Assembly (NCBI GenBank): GCA_022566015.1
Contig: JADFJT010000002.1
Span: 1 to 54,505, forward strand
DNA from: Pseudomonadota bacterium
GTDB taxonomy: Bacteria > Pseudomonadota > Gammaproteobacteria > GCA-001735895
Reading direction: 5' to 3'
DNA: 54,505 nucleotides
Shown: in pieces, positions 35,504-45,145 of the stretch
Layout: each line of letters starts with the position of its first letter
Numbering within the stretch: the first letter of the stretch is position 1
Translations under genes and position numbers: made by a program
Notes under the pieces: generated by a model
What the model saw: the letters and a program-made list of their open reading frames with translations, nothing else
Databases searched by the model: none
What the model was told of the DNA's origin: nothing

Positions 35504-36282
35504 TACGATTTAGCTTGCCTGTAGTTCTCGGTCATTGCATCGATAGCCAAACTAAATACCCAGGGGCGCATCGCTAACATAATGCCTGTGCTTTTCTTTT
35601 CACTCTGTCCACCCTGTTTCAGCATATAGTCCATCGCCGCAAGATCATTAATCTCTTTCAATAATAATTGTAATTTTCGCTTCAGGATACTGCTCGACGC
35701 CGGTGACAACTCCAATATTTCGAAATTCAGAAACTGATCTTCATTGTTAAAGCCATCATTTAAAAATTCATTAAAAGCCAGCTTCGCATGGCGCTTTCTG
35801 ATGGCGCCATCTTTACGCCAACGGATATTATTCGCGGTTAATAGCTTTACTTTATTCTCTGGCTGCAAGGCAATCAGTTTTAACTTATCCAGTGTCGTGA
35901 ATATCTTGATCACCTGAGGTTCACTCCAGTTAAACGCTTTTTTAATCTGGTCAAAGTCCCAGCCGTTTAAAATCAGATGAAAGCCGATTAGTAAGTCCTG
36001 GTTTTCCGCAAGCGCATGCTCCTGTTCTACTGACAAAGAATGTGGATCTTCATCGCCAGATTCTTCTCTGGCTAATTTACCGAGGTCAAAAATACTCAAC
36101 CCCAGGATTTCACACACCTGCTCAAAGCGCCGCAAAGAAAGGTTATTACTGGCAAACAGTCTTTTTACCGAGGACTCGCTGAGATTCATCAATTTAGCCA
36201 GATCTTTATAGGTCACTCCTTTCATTTTCAAACAGCGCTTGAGCGCCGATACCAGGAGTTTTGATTCGCGTGCTTGAGCCAT
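35500..36282 (-). CDS. XRE-family HTH transcriptional regulator with an uncharacterised C-terminal domain
   Basis: Start trimmed to MAQARESK at 36282 (GGAG lies 6 nt upstream). HTH: VTYKDLAKLMNLSESSVKRLFASNNLSLRRFEQVCEILGL. Confidence 0.7.
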   Translation of the reverse strand: MAQARESKLLVSALKRCLKMKGVTYKDLAKLMNLSESSVKRLFASNNLSLRRFEQVCEILGLSIFDLGKLAREESGDEDPHSLSVEQEHALAENQDLLIGFHLILNGWDFDQIKKAFNWSEPQVIKIFTTLDKLKLIALQPENKVKLLTANNIRWRKDGAIRKRHAKLAFNEFLNDGFNNEDQFLNFEILELSPASSSILKRKLQLLLKEINDLAAMDYMLKQGGQSEKKSTGIMLAMRPWVFSLAIDAMTENYRQAKSY

Positions 36283-36428
36283 ATGATCTCCATCGGTGTC
36301 AGATCTAGCCCCCAATAGTACCATTATACAGTACTAATAAACGTCGGTATTGCCCTGGACTTTTGTATGGCTACTCTAGCCTATACCGGGTAAATATCTG
36401 AACTATCGCTGAACTTTAGGGATTTATT

Positions 36429-37328
36429 ATGAAGATTAAGATTGATAAAACGACTCCTTTGATAACGTTGATTTTGGTGACTTTTCTATCTGGATGTGCA
36501 GGGCTACAGATCAGAACGAAAAGCAGTGTAGTTGATTACCTGTATCCAGGGGGATCTGAAACAATAGTTGAACCCTCTATCCCTGTGTTAAGTATTCCAC
36601 TAAAAGTAGGAATTGCATTCGTTCCCGGGAAGCCGGACCGATCGAGCGGGAAACGCCTCTGGACAGATGCTGTGGGCGGCGGCGCCTTTACCGAGGCGAA
36701 TAAAGCGGAGCTTCTGGAAAAAATAGCGGATAATTTTAGACAGTATAAATTTGTTAGCGAAATCGAAGTTATTCCTTCCGTGTATTTAACTGCCGGTGGC
36801 GGGTTTTCAAATCTTGAGCAAATTAGAACGATGTATGGAATCGATATAATAGCTTTGGTTTCATATGACCAGGTTCAGTTTACCGATGAGGGATGGCTAT
36901 CGTTTACCTACTGGACGATAATCGGCGCCTACATTATTTCGGGTGAAAAGAATGATACTAGTACCATGCTAGATACGGCGGTATTCGATATACGAAGCAA
37001 AAAGATGCTTTTCCGTGCACCTGGCACCAGCAATATCAAAGGGAGTTCCACGCCGATTAATTTAAATGTAGAACTTCGAGCAGACAGTATGAAAAGCTTT
37101 GAAGAGGCGGCCGATAATATGATCGCAAACCTCGATAAGCAGTTATCGAGCTTTAGAGCGAAAATCAAGAAAAATCCTGAGAAGGTGAAAATTACCTACA
37201 GTGGTGGGTATTCGGGTGGTGGATATTCGGGCGGAGGTATATTCGGGGTGATAGAATTATTATTAATGTTTCTTTTTGTAGCCATTACAGCTGCAAAAAA
37301 ATATAATTATCGAATCAAATCTAAGTAA
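36429..37328 (+). CDS. lipoprotein with a GlyGly-CTERM-like tail (rhombotail-lipoprotein-like)
   Basis: 299 aa. Lipobox FLSGCAG at the N-terminus. The C-terminus YSGGGYSGGGYSGGGIFGVIELLLMFLFVAITAAKKYNYRIKSK is a Gly-rich motif, a TM helix and a basic tail. Confidence 0.55.
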   Translation: MKIKIDKTTPLITLILVTFLSGCAGLQIRTKSSVVDYLYPGGSETIVEPSIPVLSIPLKVGIAFVPGKPDRSSGKRLWTDAVGGGAFTEANKAELLEKIADNFRQYKFVSEIEVIPSVYLTAGGGFSNLEQIRTMYGIDIIALVSYDQVQFTDEGWLSFTYWTIIGAYIISGEKNDTSTMLDTAVFDIRSKKMLFRAPGTSNIKGSSTPINLNVELRADSMKSFEEAADNMIANLDKQLSSFRAKIKKNPEKVKITYSGGYSGGGYSGGGIFGVIELLLMFLFVAITAAKKYNYRIKSK

Positions 37329-37573
37329 GCGCTACCGCACAGCGTCGATTTAACACTTAACTGCCAGCATAATGCTTAATCGATTCAAACGGAATCCAGA
37401 CTTCTATTCACTCACACACGGATTTAATGCACAAACTCCAACTAGAACTACAGCAACCCTGTTCCAGCTGTACTGGCGGGCGGGTCAGCCTGGGCATTGC
37501 CCGATTATTTGCGAGTGCACTATTGCTCGCCAGGTAAAAATTTGTTCCAATCAATCGCGATATTAACCTGTCT

Positions 37574-38377
37574 TTGGGAGTATTTTCGGTGCATGAGATT
37601 ATAGATCTTAAACGCTATCCAATTGATCGAATCGATAGCCAGGAGGGTCAGGCACTGGTCAAGCGCTGTCGCGACGACCTGGAACGCGATGGTATGTTTA
37701 ATCTGGTTGGACTAATGCTTCCCGAAGCGATCGAAAATGTTGTCGCAGAGGCTACACCCTTATTCGAGTCAGACGCATTTACTCACCGTCGAATGCACAA
37801 CATCTATTTCCTCCCCGAGGTTCCGGGTTTGCCTCCCGATCACCCAGCACTACAACAGTTTGAGACTATCAACCACACGATTTGTTCGGATCAAATACCC
37901 ACTAGCGCGATGATGAAACTCTACCAGTGGCCGCCTTTCGCAGCTTTTCTCGCGGCGGTTATGGAAAAGCCTGCGCTGTATCAAATGGACGATCCACTGG
38001 CCCGGCTCAACATTATTGGCTATGGACATGGAGAGGCTTTAAACTGGCATTTCGACCGGTCAGAATTTACCACGACTCTGTTGTTGCAATCACCGGAGCG
38101 AGGTGGAGTGTTCCAGTACCGTACAGGTTTGCGCAGTGATGAAGATGCTAATTATGATGGTGTCGCAGATTTTTTGAACCATGGGCAGGCCAGTGCTTCA
38201 TCGTTACAACTGAGTGCTGGAACCCTGAATGTTTTTCGAGGTAAAAATACTGCTCACCGGGTAACGCCAGTGGAAGGTGAGCGCAAACGCATCATTGCAG
38301 TATTTTCCTATTACGAACAAGCTGGAGTACAGTTTTCAGAAGAAGAAAACGTCGGTTTTTATGGTCGAGCTGTCTAG
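37574..38377 (+). CDS. Fe(II)/2-oxoglutarate-dependent oxygenase (HxD...H facial triad)
   Basis: 267 aa from TTG 37574. GTG 37589 has GGGAG 8 nt upstream and is the more likely start. Motifs: YGHGEALNWHFDRSEFTTTLLLQ...GGVFQYR...NTAHRVTPVEGERKRI. Confidence 0.65.
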   Translation: MGVFSVHEIIDLKRYPIDRIDSQEGQALVKRCRDDLERDGMFNLVGLMLPEAIENVVAEATPLFESDAFTHRRMHNIYFLPEVPGLPPDHPALQQFETINHTICSDQIPTSAMMKLYQWPPFAAFLAAVMEKPALYQMDDPLARLNIIGYGHGEALNWHFDRSEFTTTLLLQSPERGGVFQYRTGLRSDEDANYDGVADFLNHGQASASSLQLSAGTLNVFRGKNTAHRVTPVEGERKRIIAVFSYYEQAGVQFSEEENVGFYGRAV

Positions 38378-38390
38378 CCAGCAGAAAACT

Positions 38391-39629
38391 CTAATCCAGC
38401 GCACGATCCAGTTCCCGCAGTATTTTTTCGACGTCTTCGACGCGATTGTAGTGTAACAACGATAATCGTACGACGCCGTCTTCCGGGTCCAGACCCAGGT
38501 CGCTGATTAGGCGATGGGCGTAAAAATTTCCATACTCCGTGCCGATACCAGAAGTCTGCAATTTACTCGCCAGGCTTTGTGAGCTTTGTTTGAGTGGTTT
38601 AAACGCTATAGTGGGTGCGCGGTCATTATCGTCAGTGGTTGTTTTGCCAACCAGCCGCACGTCGGGATGCTGGTCGAGAAAATCGAGAAGCGGTGTCGCG
38701 AGTTGATTTTCGTGCTGCAATATCAATCCATGAATATCGGTCATTTTTTGAGCTGGGGCGACGCCTTTATTATCAAAATGATGCGCGTGTAGCGCGTCGA
38801 AATAATCCAGTACACCGGCGCAGGCGGCAACCTGGGCGTGTTGTGGTCCGGCCGGATTAAAGTCTTTCGCGGGGTCGCCCGTGAGAAAATAATGTGCCTG
38901 CGAGGTCAGGTCAGCGTATATCGCCGCATTGATATACATCAGACCCTGATGCGGGCCAAAAACCTTGTAAAGACTAAAAGCATAGCCATCCACATCCATT
39001 GCCTTCAGGTCACAAATATGATGCGGAGCATAGGCTACTGCATCGACAAAGACTCTGGCCGAGCTATTGTCTTTTATCTGAGAAACAATATTTGCGACCG
39101 GATTGGCGGTGCCGACGATGTTTGAGCAATGGGGAAAAAACACCCAGCGAGTTTTTTCGTTTAACAGTGGTATTAATTGTTCAACATCGAGTAATCCGGT
39201 TTCCGGATCGACTTCCCATTGGCGCATTGTCATCCCTTTTTCGATCGCCTTGCGTCGCCAGGTGCCGCTATTGGCTTCGTGGTCCTGATTGGTAACGATG
39301 ATTTCATCATCCGCTTTCCACAGGTCACCGATCGCCTGTGACATGACGTAAGTATTCATCGAGGTAGATGGCCCTATGGTTAACTCGGACAGGCCGATAT
39401 TCAAAGCGTCTGCCCAGCCCTGCCTGGCCCGATTCATCGCGTCACCGGCCTCGGCGGATGAGGGAAAATTTGAATAGGGTTGCACCCGGGTATGACGGTT
39501 GTAGTGTTCCACCAAATTGTTAACCTGGTTGCAGACATAACTACCGCCGGCATTAGAGGCAAAAACGAATTGCGGGTCATCGTCAAGCTGCCCAAACTGC
39601 CGCCGCACAAAGTCGATATCTAGGGACAT
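38391..39629 (-). CDS. class-V-fold PLP-dependent enzyme (SufS/CsdA-like fold, no desulfurase cysteine)
   Basis: 412 aa. FSLYKVFGPHQG carries the PLP-lysine. Where desulfurases have the HHCA active-site Cys loop, this protein reads GNFYAHRL. Confidence 0.7.
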   Translation of the reverse strand: MSLDIDFVRRQFGQLDDDPQFVFASNAGGSYVCNQVNNLVEHYNRHTRVQPYSNFPSSAEAGDAMNRARQGWADALNIGLSELTIGPSTSMNTYVMSQAIGDLWKADDEIIVTNQDHEANSGTWRRKAIEKGMTMRQWEVDPETGLLDVEQLIPLLNEKTRWVFFPHCSNIVGTANPVANIVSQIKDNSSARVFVDAVAYAPHHICDLKAMDVDGYAFSLYKVFGPHQGLMYINAAIYADLTSQAHYFLTGDPAKDFNPAGPQHAQVAACAGVLDYFDALHAHHFDNKGVAPAQKMTDIHGLILQHENQLATPLLDFLDQHPDVRLVGKTTTDDNDRAPTIAFKPLKQSSQSLASKLQTSGIGTEYGNFYAHRLISDLGLDPEDGVVRLSLLHYNRVEDVEKILRELDRALD

Positions 39630-39683
39630 GAGTAGCTAGCTGAATTTGGAAATTGGCGAAACTGGTTCATTATTAGAAACTTC

Positions 39684-40604
39684 CTAAAAGTAGTTGTGTT
39701 GAAATGTGGTGTACGCCTGTTCAAAGCGCACGAGATTTTTGCCTGTATATTCGGGGAAATCCATTTCTAAAACAGAATGTATTTCGGACACCATCGACCA
39801 CAGGGTTTCACGTAATAACGAGGCACACTTCATCGCGTAGTAACTACGCCATTGCTCGCGGTTAAAGGCGGTGCCGAAATAATTTTCCAACATGGTGATT
39901 TCCTGTTCTTTGCTCAATTCGTTATTCGAGGCAAGATTAGAAAGGTCGAATAAAGGGCTGTTAAAGCCGGCGTAATCGAAGTCGATGAGCCAGAGCTTGT
40001 CGCCGTCGTCGATAAAATTAGCCGCGAGTAAATCATTATGCCCGAACACGATATCGACCTTGCCAACCGCCTGCTCGAGACTAGTGCCTATCTCGGCCAG
40101 CTCGATCAGGCGTTCTCGGTATGGGCTGTTTCCCTGCTTAAGCAAATACTGGTAGTGGCGTAAAATCTGGAATACCCAGAACATGACCGGCACCTGATGA
40201 AAATGCCGTGGCATTAGTCGATGAAACCGACCCAACAGTTTGATAATTTGGTCCAGGTTACCCTCGATTCGAACGTCGGCTTCTTCGAAAACCTTGCCCT
40301 CGATAAAGCGAACCACGAGCACGCCAGGTTCTGTATATACCAACTCGGGTGAAGTGCCGATTTCAAATGCAGCGCGACAGACGGCGTTTTCGTTAGCACG
40401 CGAAATCAAGTGTACCGGATCATCCGCGCCTAGCCGAACCACGAATTGCTCACCTGCATCGGTAACTTTAAAGTTGTGATTGGTCATCCCACCACCGAGC
40501 GGTTCGATGCTTACTGACGATTGCCAGCAACCGAGAGCAGTAATTTTTGTTTCCATATTTTCGTCCATCGTGATGCTCTCGTGGCTTGCATAGCCAGTGT
40601 TCAT
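39684..40604 (-). CDS. choline/ethanolamine-kinase-fold (APH superfamily) small-molecule kinase
   Basis: 306 aa, start uncertain (M1, M13 or M17). Motifs: GGGMTNHNFKV, the Brenner motif HNDLLAANFI, and LWLIDFDYAGFNSPLFDLSNL. Confidence 0.7.
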   Translation of the reverse strand: MNTGYASHESITMDENMETKITALGCWQSSVSIEPLGGGMTNHNFKVTDAGEQFVVRLGADDPVHLISRANENAVCRAAFEIGTSPELVYTEPGVLVVRFIEGKVFEEADVRIEGNLDQIIKLLGRFHRLMPRHFHQVPVMFWVFQILRHYQYLLKQGNSPYRERLIELAEIGTSLEQAVGKVDIVFGHNDLLAANFIDDGDKLWLIDFDYAGFNSPLFDLSNLASNNELSKEQEITMLENYFGTAFNREQWRSYYAMKCASLLRETLWSMVSEIHSVLEMDFPEYTGKNLVRFEQAYTTFQHNYF

Positions 40605-40666
40605 AATGTCCGCTTCAGAAAAATGCGAGCCATGATAGCATCACCTTTACTGGGTGCAATGATACG

Positions 40667-41458
40667 ATGAAAAAATCCGATTTCTTTGTTAAAGGCTGGT
40701 GCAGATTCGATTACGATCCGAGACTTGCGAAATGGGTGCGGCACGCCTTGCCGTTTGCGCGTGAGTCAGTAAAAAGCCCCGAAAATCAGCACTGGTTACG
40801 CTGCGGTGGAACCTGGTTTGCCGGTGTTAATGGTTTACAGAATGCGAGTGACGGATCGCTGGAAGGTGGCTCGAAGCTAGAATGTGATGCCGTTGACTTT
40901 ATTTCCCAGGCGCTTGGTTTGACTAGCTTTGAATGGGACGCTGCCCAGGTGTCGGTTTGTTATCCCAACTATCCGCAGCCGATGGAGGGTGAAAAGCCCG
41001 CTGCTTATCGTTTTCGGCGCAAACGCGATGCGGCTCACACCGATGGGTTATTAGCGGAAGGCCCAGATCGGCGCAGACACTTGCGAGAATACCACGGCTT
41101 TATTCTCGGAATACCGATGGTCGAATACGATTCAGGTGCTTCTCCCTTTGTTGTCTGGGAAGGGTCCCACGAGATCATACGCCAGGAATTTAAGCATTGT
41201 TTCGAAGGCTTGTCTCCGGAGCAATGGGGGTCACTGGATGTGACCGAAATCTATCACCAGGCTCGGGATAAAATTTTCGAGCAATGCCAACGAGTTTTAA
41301 TCTCAGCCCGCCCGGGTGAAGCCTACCTGGCGCATCGACTCACCTTGCACGGGATATCACCCTGGAAGAACCAGGCGAACGCAGGCTCAGATGGTCGCAT
41401 GATTTGTTATTTCAGGCCTGAAATCAGTGGACCTGAAGGGTGGCTGTTTAACCCATAA
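40667..41458 (+). CDS. hypothetical protein, possible PhyH-like Fe(II)/2OG oxygenase
   Basis: 263 aa. DAAHTDG (HxD), VWEGSHE and HRLTLHG are spaced like phytanoyl-CoA-dioxygenase-type proteins. This is a weak, motif-only call. Confidence 0.35.
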   Translation: MKKSDFFVKGWCRFDYDPRLAKWVRHALPFARESVKSPENQHWLRCGGTWFAGVNGLQNASDGSLEGGSKLECDAVDFISQALGLTSFEWDAAQVSVCYPNYPQPMEGEKPAAYRFRRKRDAAHTDGLLAEGPDRRRHLREYHGFILGIPMVEYDSGASPFVVWEGSHEIIRQEFKHCFEGLSPEQWGSLDVTEIYHQARDKIFEQCQRVLISARPGEAYLAHRLTLHGISPWKNQANAGSDGRMICYFRPEISGPEGWLFNP

Positions 41459-41515
41459 TCAGGCAGTATACCGCCCCAGGCTAATTAAAAAATCTCACTT
41501 AAATAAGGAGACAAT

Positions 41516-42112
41516 ATGGAAATTTCGACCATAGTTACACTCGTTGTTATCGGCGGTATCGTGATATACATCATTTCAATCTTTAATAAACTGGTCGCAC
41601 TGGGCAATCGGTTCAAGAATGCTTTTTCCCAGATCGAAGTGCAGCTTAAACGTCGCTACGACCTGATTCCGAACCTGGTAGAAACAGCGAAAGGTTATCT
41701 GAAACACGAGCGTGAAACGCTCGATGCGGTAATAAAAGCACGTAATGCGGCATCTGACAACTTGTCTGCGGCACAGCAAAAGCCGGGTGATGCAGCAACT
41801 ATGCAAGGCCTGGGGGAGGCTGAAGGCAACCTGGCAGGTGCCTTAGGTCGATTTAATGTATTGGTCGAAGCCTACCCTGATTTAAAGGCCAACCAGAATA
41901 TGATGCAACTCACCGAAGAGCTGACCAGCACCGAAAACAAGGTGGCTTTTGCGCGTCAGGCTTTTAATGATCAGGTTATGCAATACAATATCTATAAGCA
42001 GTCGTTCCCGCAAAATATACTGGCCGGAATGTTTGGCCATGCCAATGATGCGTCGCTACTTGAATTCGAAGATAGTGCAGAGATTCAGGCCGCACCAAAA
42101 GTTTCCTTTTAG
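41516..42112 (+). CDS. lemA: LemA-family protein
   Basis: 198 aa. N-terminal TM followed by NKLVALGNRFKNAFSQIEVQLKRRYDLIPNLVETAKGYLKHERETL, the LemA signature region. Confidence 0.85.
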   Translation: MEISTIVTLVVIGGIVIYIISIFNKLVALGNRFKNAFSQIEVQLKRRYDLIPNLVETAKGYLKHERETLDAVIKARNAASDNLSAAQQKPGDAATMQGLGEAEGNLAGALGRFNVLVEAYPDLKANQNMMQLTEELTSTENKVAFARQAFNDQVMQYNIYKQSFPQNILAGMFGHANDASLLEFEDSAEIQAAPKVSF

Positions 42113-42299
42113 GGCGCCTCGAAAAATGCGCATTCCTCGCGACACTAGCGTCGGCCCAGTGTTAGTACTCCTACCCGGTCAGTCCTCATGTATGCCGTAA
42201 TCCCCTCCGGTTTTTCATTGCTTTCGCGGGCAAATTACATTTTTTCTAAGTACCCACTAGCGGTTCTACCTGGTATCGCTGGTAACTGATTCATTGCCG

Positions 42300-44225
42300 A
42301 TGAATTTTTTTGAAGCACAGGATAAGGCGCGAAGAAATACCAGCTGGCTTCTCCTGCTTTTTATTTTCGCGGTTGCCGGTTTAATTTTTCTGACCAATCT
42401 TTTATTACTGGGTGTGCAGGTTTACAGTAATACTGGCTTATTTGATTTTTCGTTCGAAGCGCTTCAAAACTATTATTCCTGGAAAACATTTATCGGCGTT
42501 ACCATTGGCGTAGGCCTGCTCATTTTCGCAGGCAGCCTGTACAAAACCTTGAGTTTATCTGGGGGCGGGGCTGCCGTGGCTGAAATGCTGGGTGGTCAGC
42601 TGGTGCCCCAAAGTACCACCGACTTGCAGGAAAGGCGCTTGCTTAACGTGGTCGAAGAAATGGCGATTGCTGCCGGTATGCCTATTCCTCAGGTTTATTT
42701 GCTCGATGATTTATCGATCAATGCTTTTGCTGCAGGCCAGACTCCGGCTAATACGGTTATAGGTGTAACTCGGGGGACGCTGTCACGGCTGAGCCGCGAA
42801 GAATTACAGGGTGTGATCGCACATGAATTCAGCCATATTTTCAACGGTGATATGCGCCTCAATATTCGCCTGATTGGCGTATTGCATGGCATATTGCTGA
42901 TTGGAATGATTGGTTATTTCATTGTCCGGTCATTACGTTTTTCGAGGAGTTCACGAAGCAGTAAAGGTGGCGGTGGTATTGCTGCAATTGCTGCATTGGG
43001 TATCGGCTTGATGGTTATCGGCTATGCGGGAACATTTTTCGGGCAATGGATAAAGGCAGTCGTTAGTCGTCAACGGGAGTATCTTGCCGACTCGTCTGCG
43101 GTTCAATTTACGCGCAATAAGGACAGTATTGCCGGCGCCCTGAAAAAAATCGGGGGTGAGGGTGCAGGCTCATATATCGAGTCCCCTACAGCACCGGAAT
43201 ATAGTCATGCTTTTTTTGCCAATGGCATTAGCAGTTTTTGGCAATCCTTATTCGCCACCCATCCCCCACTGGAAAAGCGCATTAAAAAAATTGATCCGAG
43301 GTGGGATGGAAATTTCCTTTATTCGGAAGTCACGCAATCATCGGTGGCAGCAGATACAGCAAAAAAACCGGCTTCTGGAGTCGCTGCAAAAATGGCCATA
43401 ACTGCAGCTATATTGAGTTCTGCAGAACAGGCCATTAGCCAGGTCGGTACGCTTAACGAAGAGAATATCGAGTATGTACGATCGCTCATAATAGCGATTC
43501 CGACCCTATTGAGAAACGCTTCGCAAAGTGCTTATTCCGCGCGAGCAGTGATATACGCAATTTTGATTAGCAGACAGGCAGAAAAAGAACAGGCCTGGAC
43601 GATATTGAAACAGCATGCTGATCAAAGTATGCCGGCACTTACCGAAGAATATTTGTCTGAAATTAAAATCCTGGACGAAAACCTGAAACTGCCGCTACTG
43701 GAAATCTGTATTAATGCCTTGCGCGAGCTATCGACTAAACAGTACCTACAGTTCGAACGCACGGTCAATAAAATAATAGTCGCTGATAAAAAGGTCGATC
43801 TGAATGAATGGATAATTCAGCGGCTGGTATTACAGCAATTGAATGAACACTTTGGATTGCGCAAACCGGCAAAAGCAAAATACGCCAGTTTAAGCGCGGT
43901 TAAATCGGAAGTCGAAACCCTGTTATCGTTGATCGCTTATGTAGAACACAAAGACGATAGTGAGGCAGCGAAGGCATTTGATCACGGCAAAAAGGAAATC
44001 GGCGCGACCGCGCTAAATATCATCGCCAGGCAGGACTTCTCTCTTAAATCTCTGGATCAATCGCTCGATAATCTGATGCAACTCAAACCACTGGTAAAAC
44101 CACGTATCCTGAGAGCCTGTGTGGCGACCATACTGGCCGACGGCAAGGCTACTACCGGAGGTATCGAACTAGTGCGTACCATTTCGATTTGCCTCGATTG
44201 CCCGATGCCGCCAATGCGGGTTTGA
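42300..44225 (+). CDS. M48-family (HtpX-like) zinc metallopeptidase with a ~300-aa C-terminal extension
   Basis: ATG 42300 preferred over the track's TTG 42294. Two N-terminal TMs, HEFSHIFNGD (HExxH), two further TMs, then a long helical region ending ADGKATTGGIELVRTISICLDCPMPP (TerB-like flavour). Confidence 0.75.
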   Translation: MNFFEAQDKARRNTSWLLLLFIFAVAGLIFLTNLLLLGVQVYSNTGLFDFSFEALQNYYSWKTFIGVTIGVGLLIFAGSLYKTLSLSGGGAAVAEMLGGQLVPQSTTDLQERRLLNVVEEMAIAAGMPIPQVYLLDDLSINAFAAGQTPANTVIGVTRGTLSRLSREELQGVIAHEFSHIFNGDMRLNIRLIGVLHGILLIGMIGYFIVRSLRFSRSSRSSKGGGGIAAIAALGIGLMVIGYAGTFFGQWIKAVVSRQREYLADSSAVQFTRNKDSIAGALKKIGGEGAGSYIESPTAPEYSHAFFANGISSFWQSLFATHPPLEKRIKKIDPRWDGNFLYSEVTQSSVAADTAKKPASGVAAKMAITAAILSSAEQAISQVGTLNEENIEYVRSLIIAIPTLLRNASQSAYSARAVIYAILISRQAEKEQAWTILKQHADQSMPALTEEYLSEIKILDENLKLPLLEICINALRELSTKQYLQFERTVNKIIVADKKVDLNEWIIQRLVLQQLNEHFGLRKPAKAKYASLSAVKSEVETLLSLIAYVEHKDDSEAAKAFDHGKKEIGATALNIIARQDFSLKSLDQSLDNLMQLKPLVKPRILRACVATILADGKATTGGIELVRTISICLDCPMPPMRV

Positions 44226-44368
44226 CACCATTTTTCCGATAGATTTCGAATCAGCCCAGCGGGCTTTCCGGAATGACAGTCCAGGTGACCAATGAAAGTA
44301 TTATCCTACGGTTCGACCGTTGATCCAGAAATTAAATCCAGCCGAAGACCTGCTACAAAGTTAGATAA

Positions 44369-45022
44369 TTAATCCCTTCCATCTACAATTTTAATGCCAT
44401 TGGGTGTCTCTATGCTAGCCGACAAATAGGGCGCTTCGGAATCGGGCAGATCGAATACGGTTACCAGGTCTTCAGCGTCGATCGAGGCGAGCATCGCCTT
44501 CAGCCAATCGGGTCGATTATGATAGATATTCAATTCAAGCAACCGGCAACCCAAATCTGCCATTGCGTTGGAGGGGTGGGGCTGGCTTTGCCACTGGATC
44601 ACGTAAGGCAATAATCCATTCGCCAGTAAACGGCCATCTTCGGTCAGGGCGATTTTCCAGCGCAGGTCGTTACGGCTGAGTTCGGTCACAGTACCGATAG
44701 AAAATTCTGCCTGCTCTTTTGTGCGTTGTATATTCGTCGTATTCATGACCCAGGTGATTATTCTCGGTTGCCGCCGAAGTGACTCGCGCATCAGGCGCTG
44801 GTCGAGATCAAACCAGCGTGGTCGATTGGGAATGCGGCCATCTGGATCAATTGCAATCACTTCGAGGTAGGATTCATTGCCCAATTGCATCAGGTGGTTG
44901 TGGGTTCCCATAGTCTGGTGGACACCGCCGACTGGAATATCGGCTCCCAGGGTAGAACGCACATAATCGATACCCTCCTCGAGGGTTGTTGCCGCGATGA
45001 CCAGGTGATCGAGTCGATTCAT
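44369..45022 (-). CDS. VOC (glyoxalase-like) family protein
   Basis: 217 aa. MNRLDHLVIAATTLEEGIDYV...GTHNHLMQLGNESYLEVIAIDP is typical of Glyoxalase-like domain proteins. Confidence 0.55.
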   Translation of the reverse strand: MNRLDHLVIAATTLEEGIDYVRSTLGADIPVGGVHQTMGTHNHLMQLGNESYLEVIAIDPDGRIPNRPRWFDLDQRLMRESLRRQPRIITWVMNTTNIQRTKEQAEFSIGTVTELSRNDLRWKIALTEDGRLLANGLLPYVIQWQSQPHPSNAMADLGCRLLELNIYHNRPDWLKAMLASIDAEDLVTVFDLPDSEAPYLSASIETPNGIKIVDGRD

Positions 45023-45145
45023 CGTATTAATCTAAATCGAATGCCCGCTAATTTCAAGTAGTCAGGGTTGAATCCTTCTCAAAGGTGGATTTTCATCGGC
45101 AACTGAATTATGTTGTGTTATCTATTTAATAACTGGTGAGCAACC

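Noticed and set aside
37329-37573. 245-bp spacer with a 64-aa ORF (37372..37566) and a small gcgag/ctcgc hairpin
   Set aside because: The ORF has no RBS or family resemblance. The hairpin has only 5 bp and no T-run. Nothing here is supportable.
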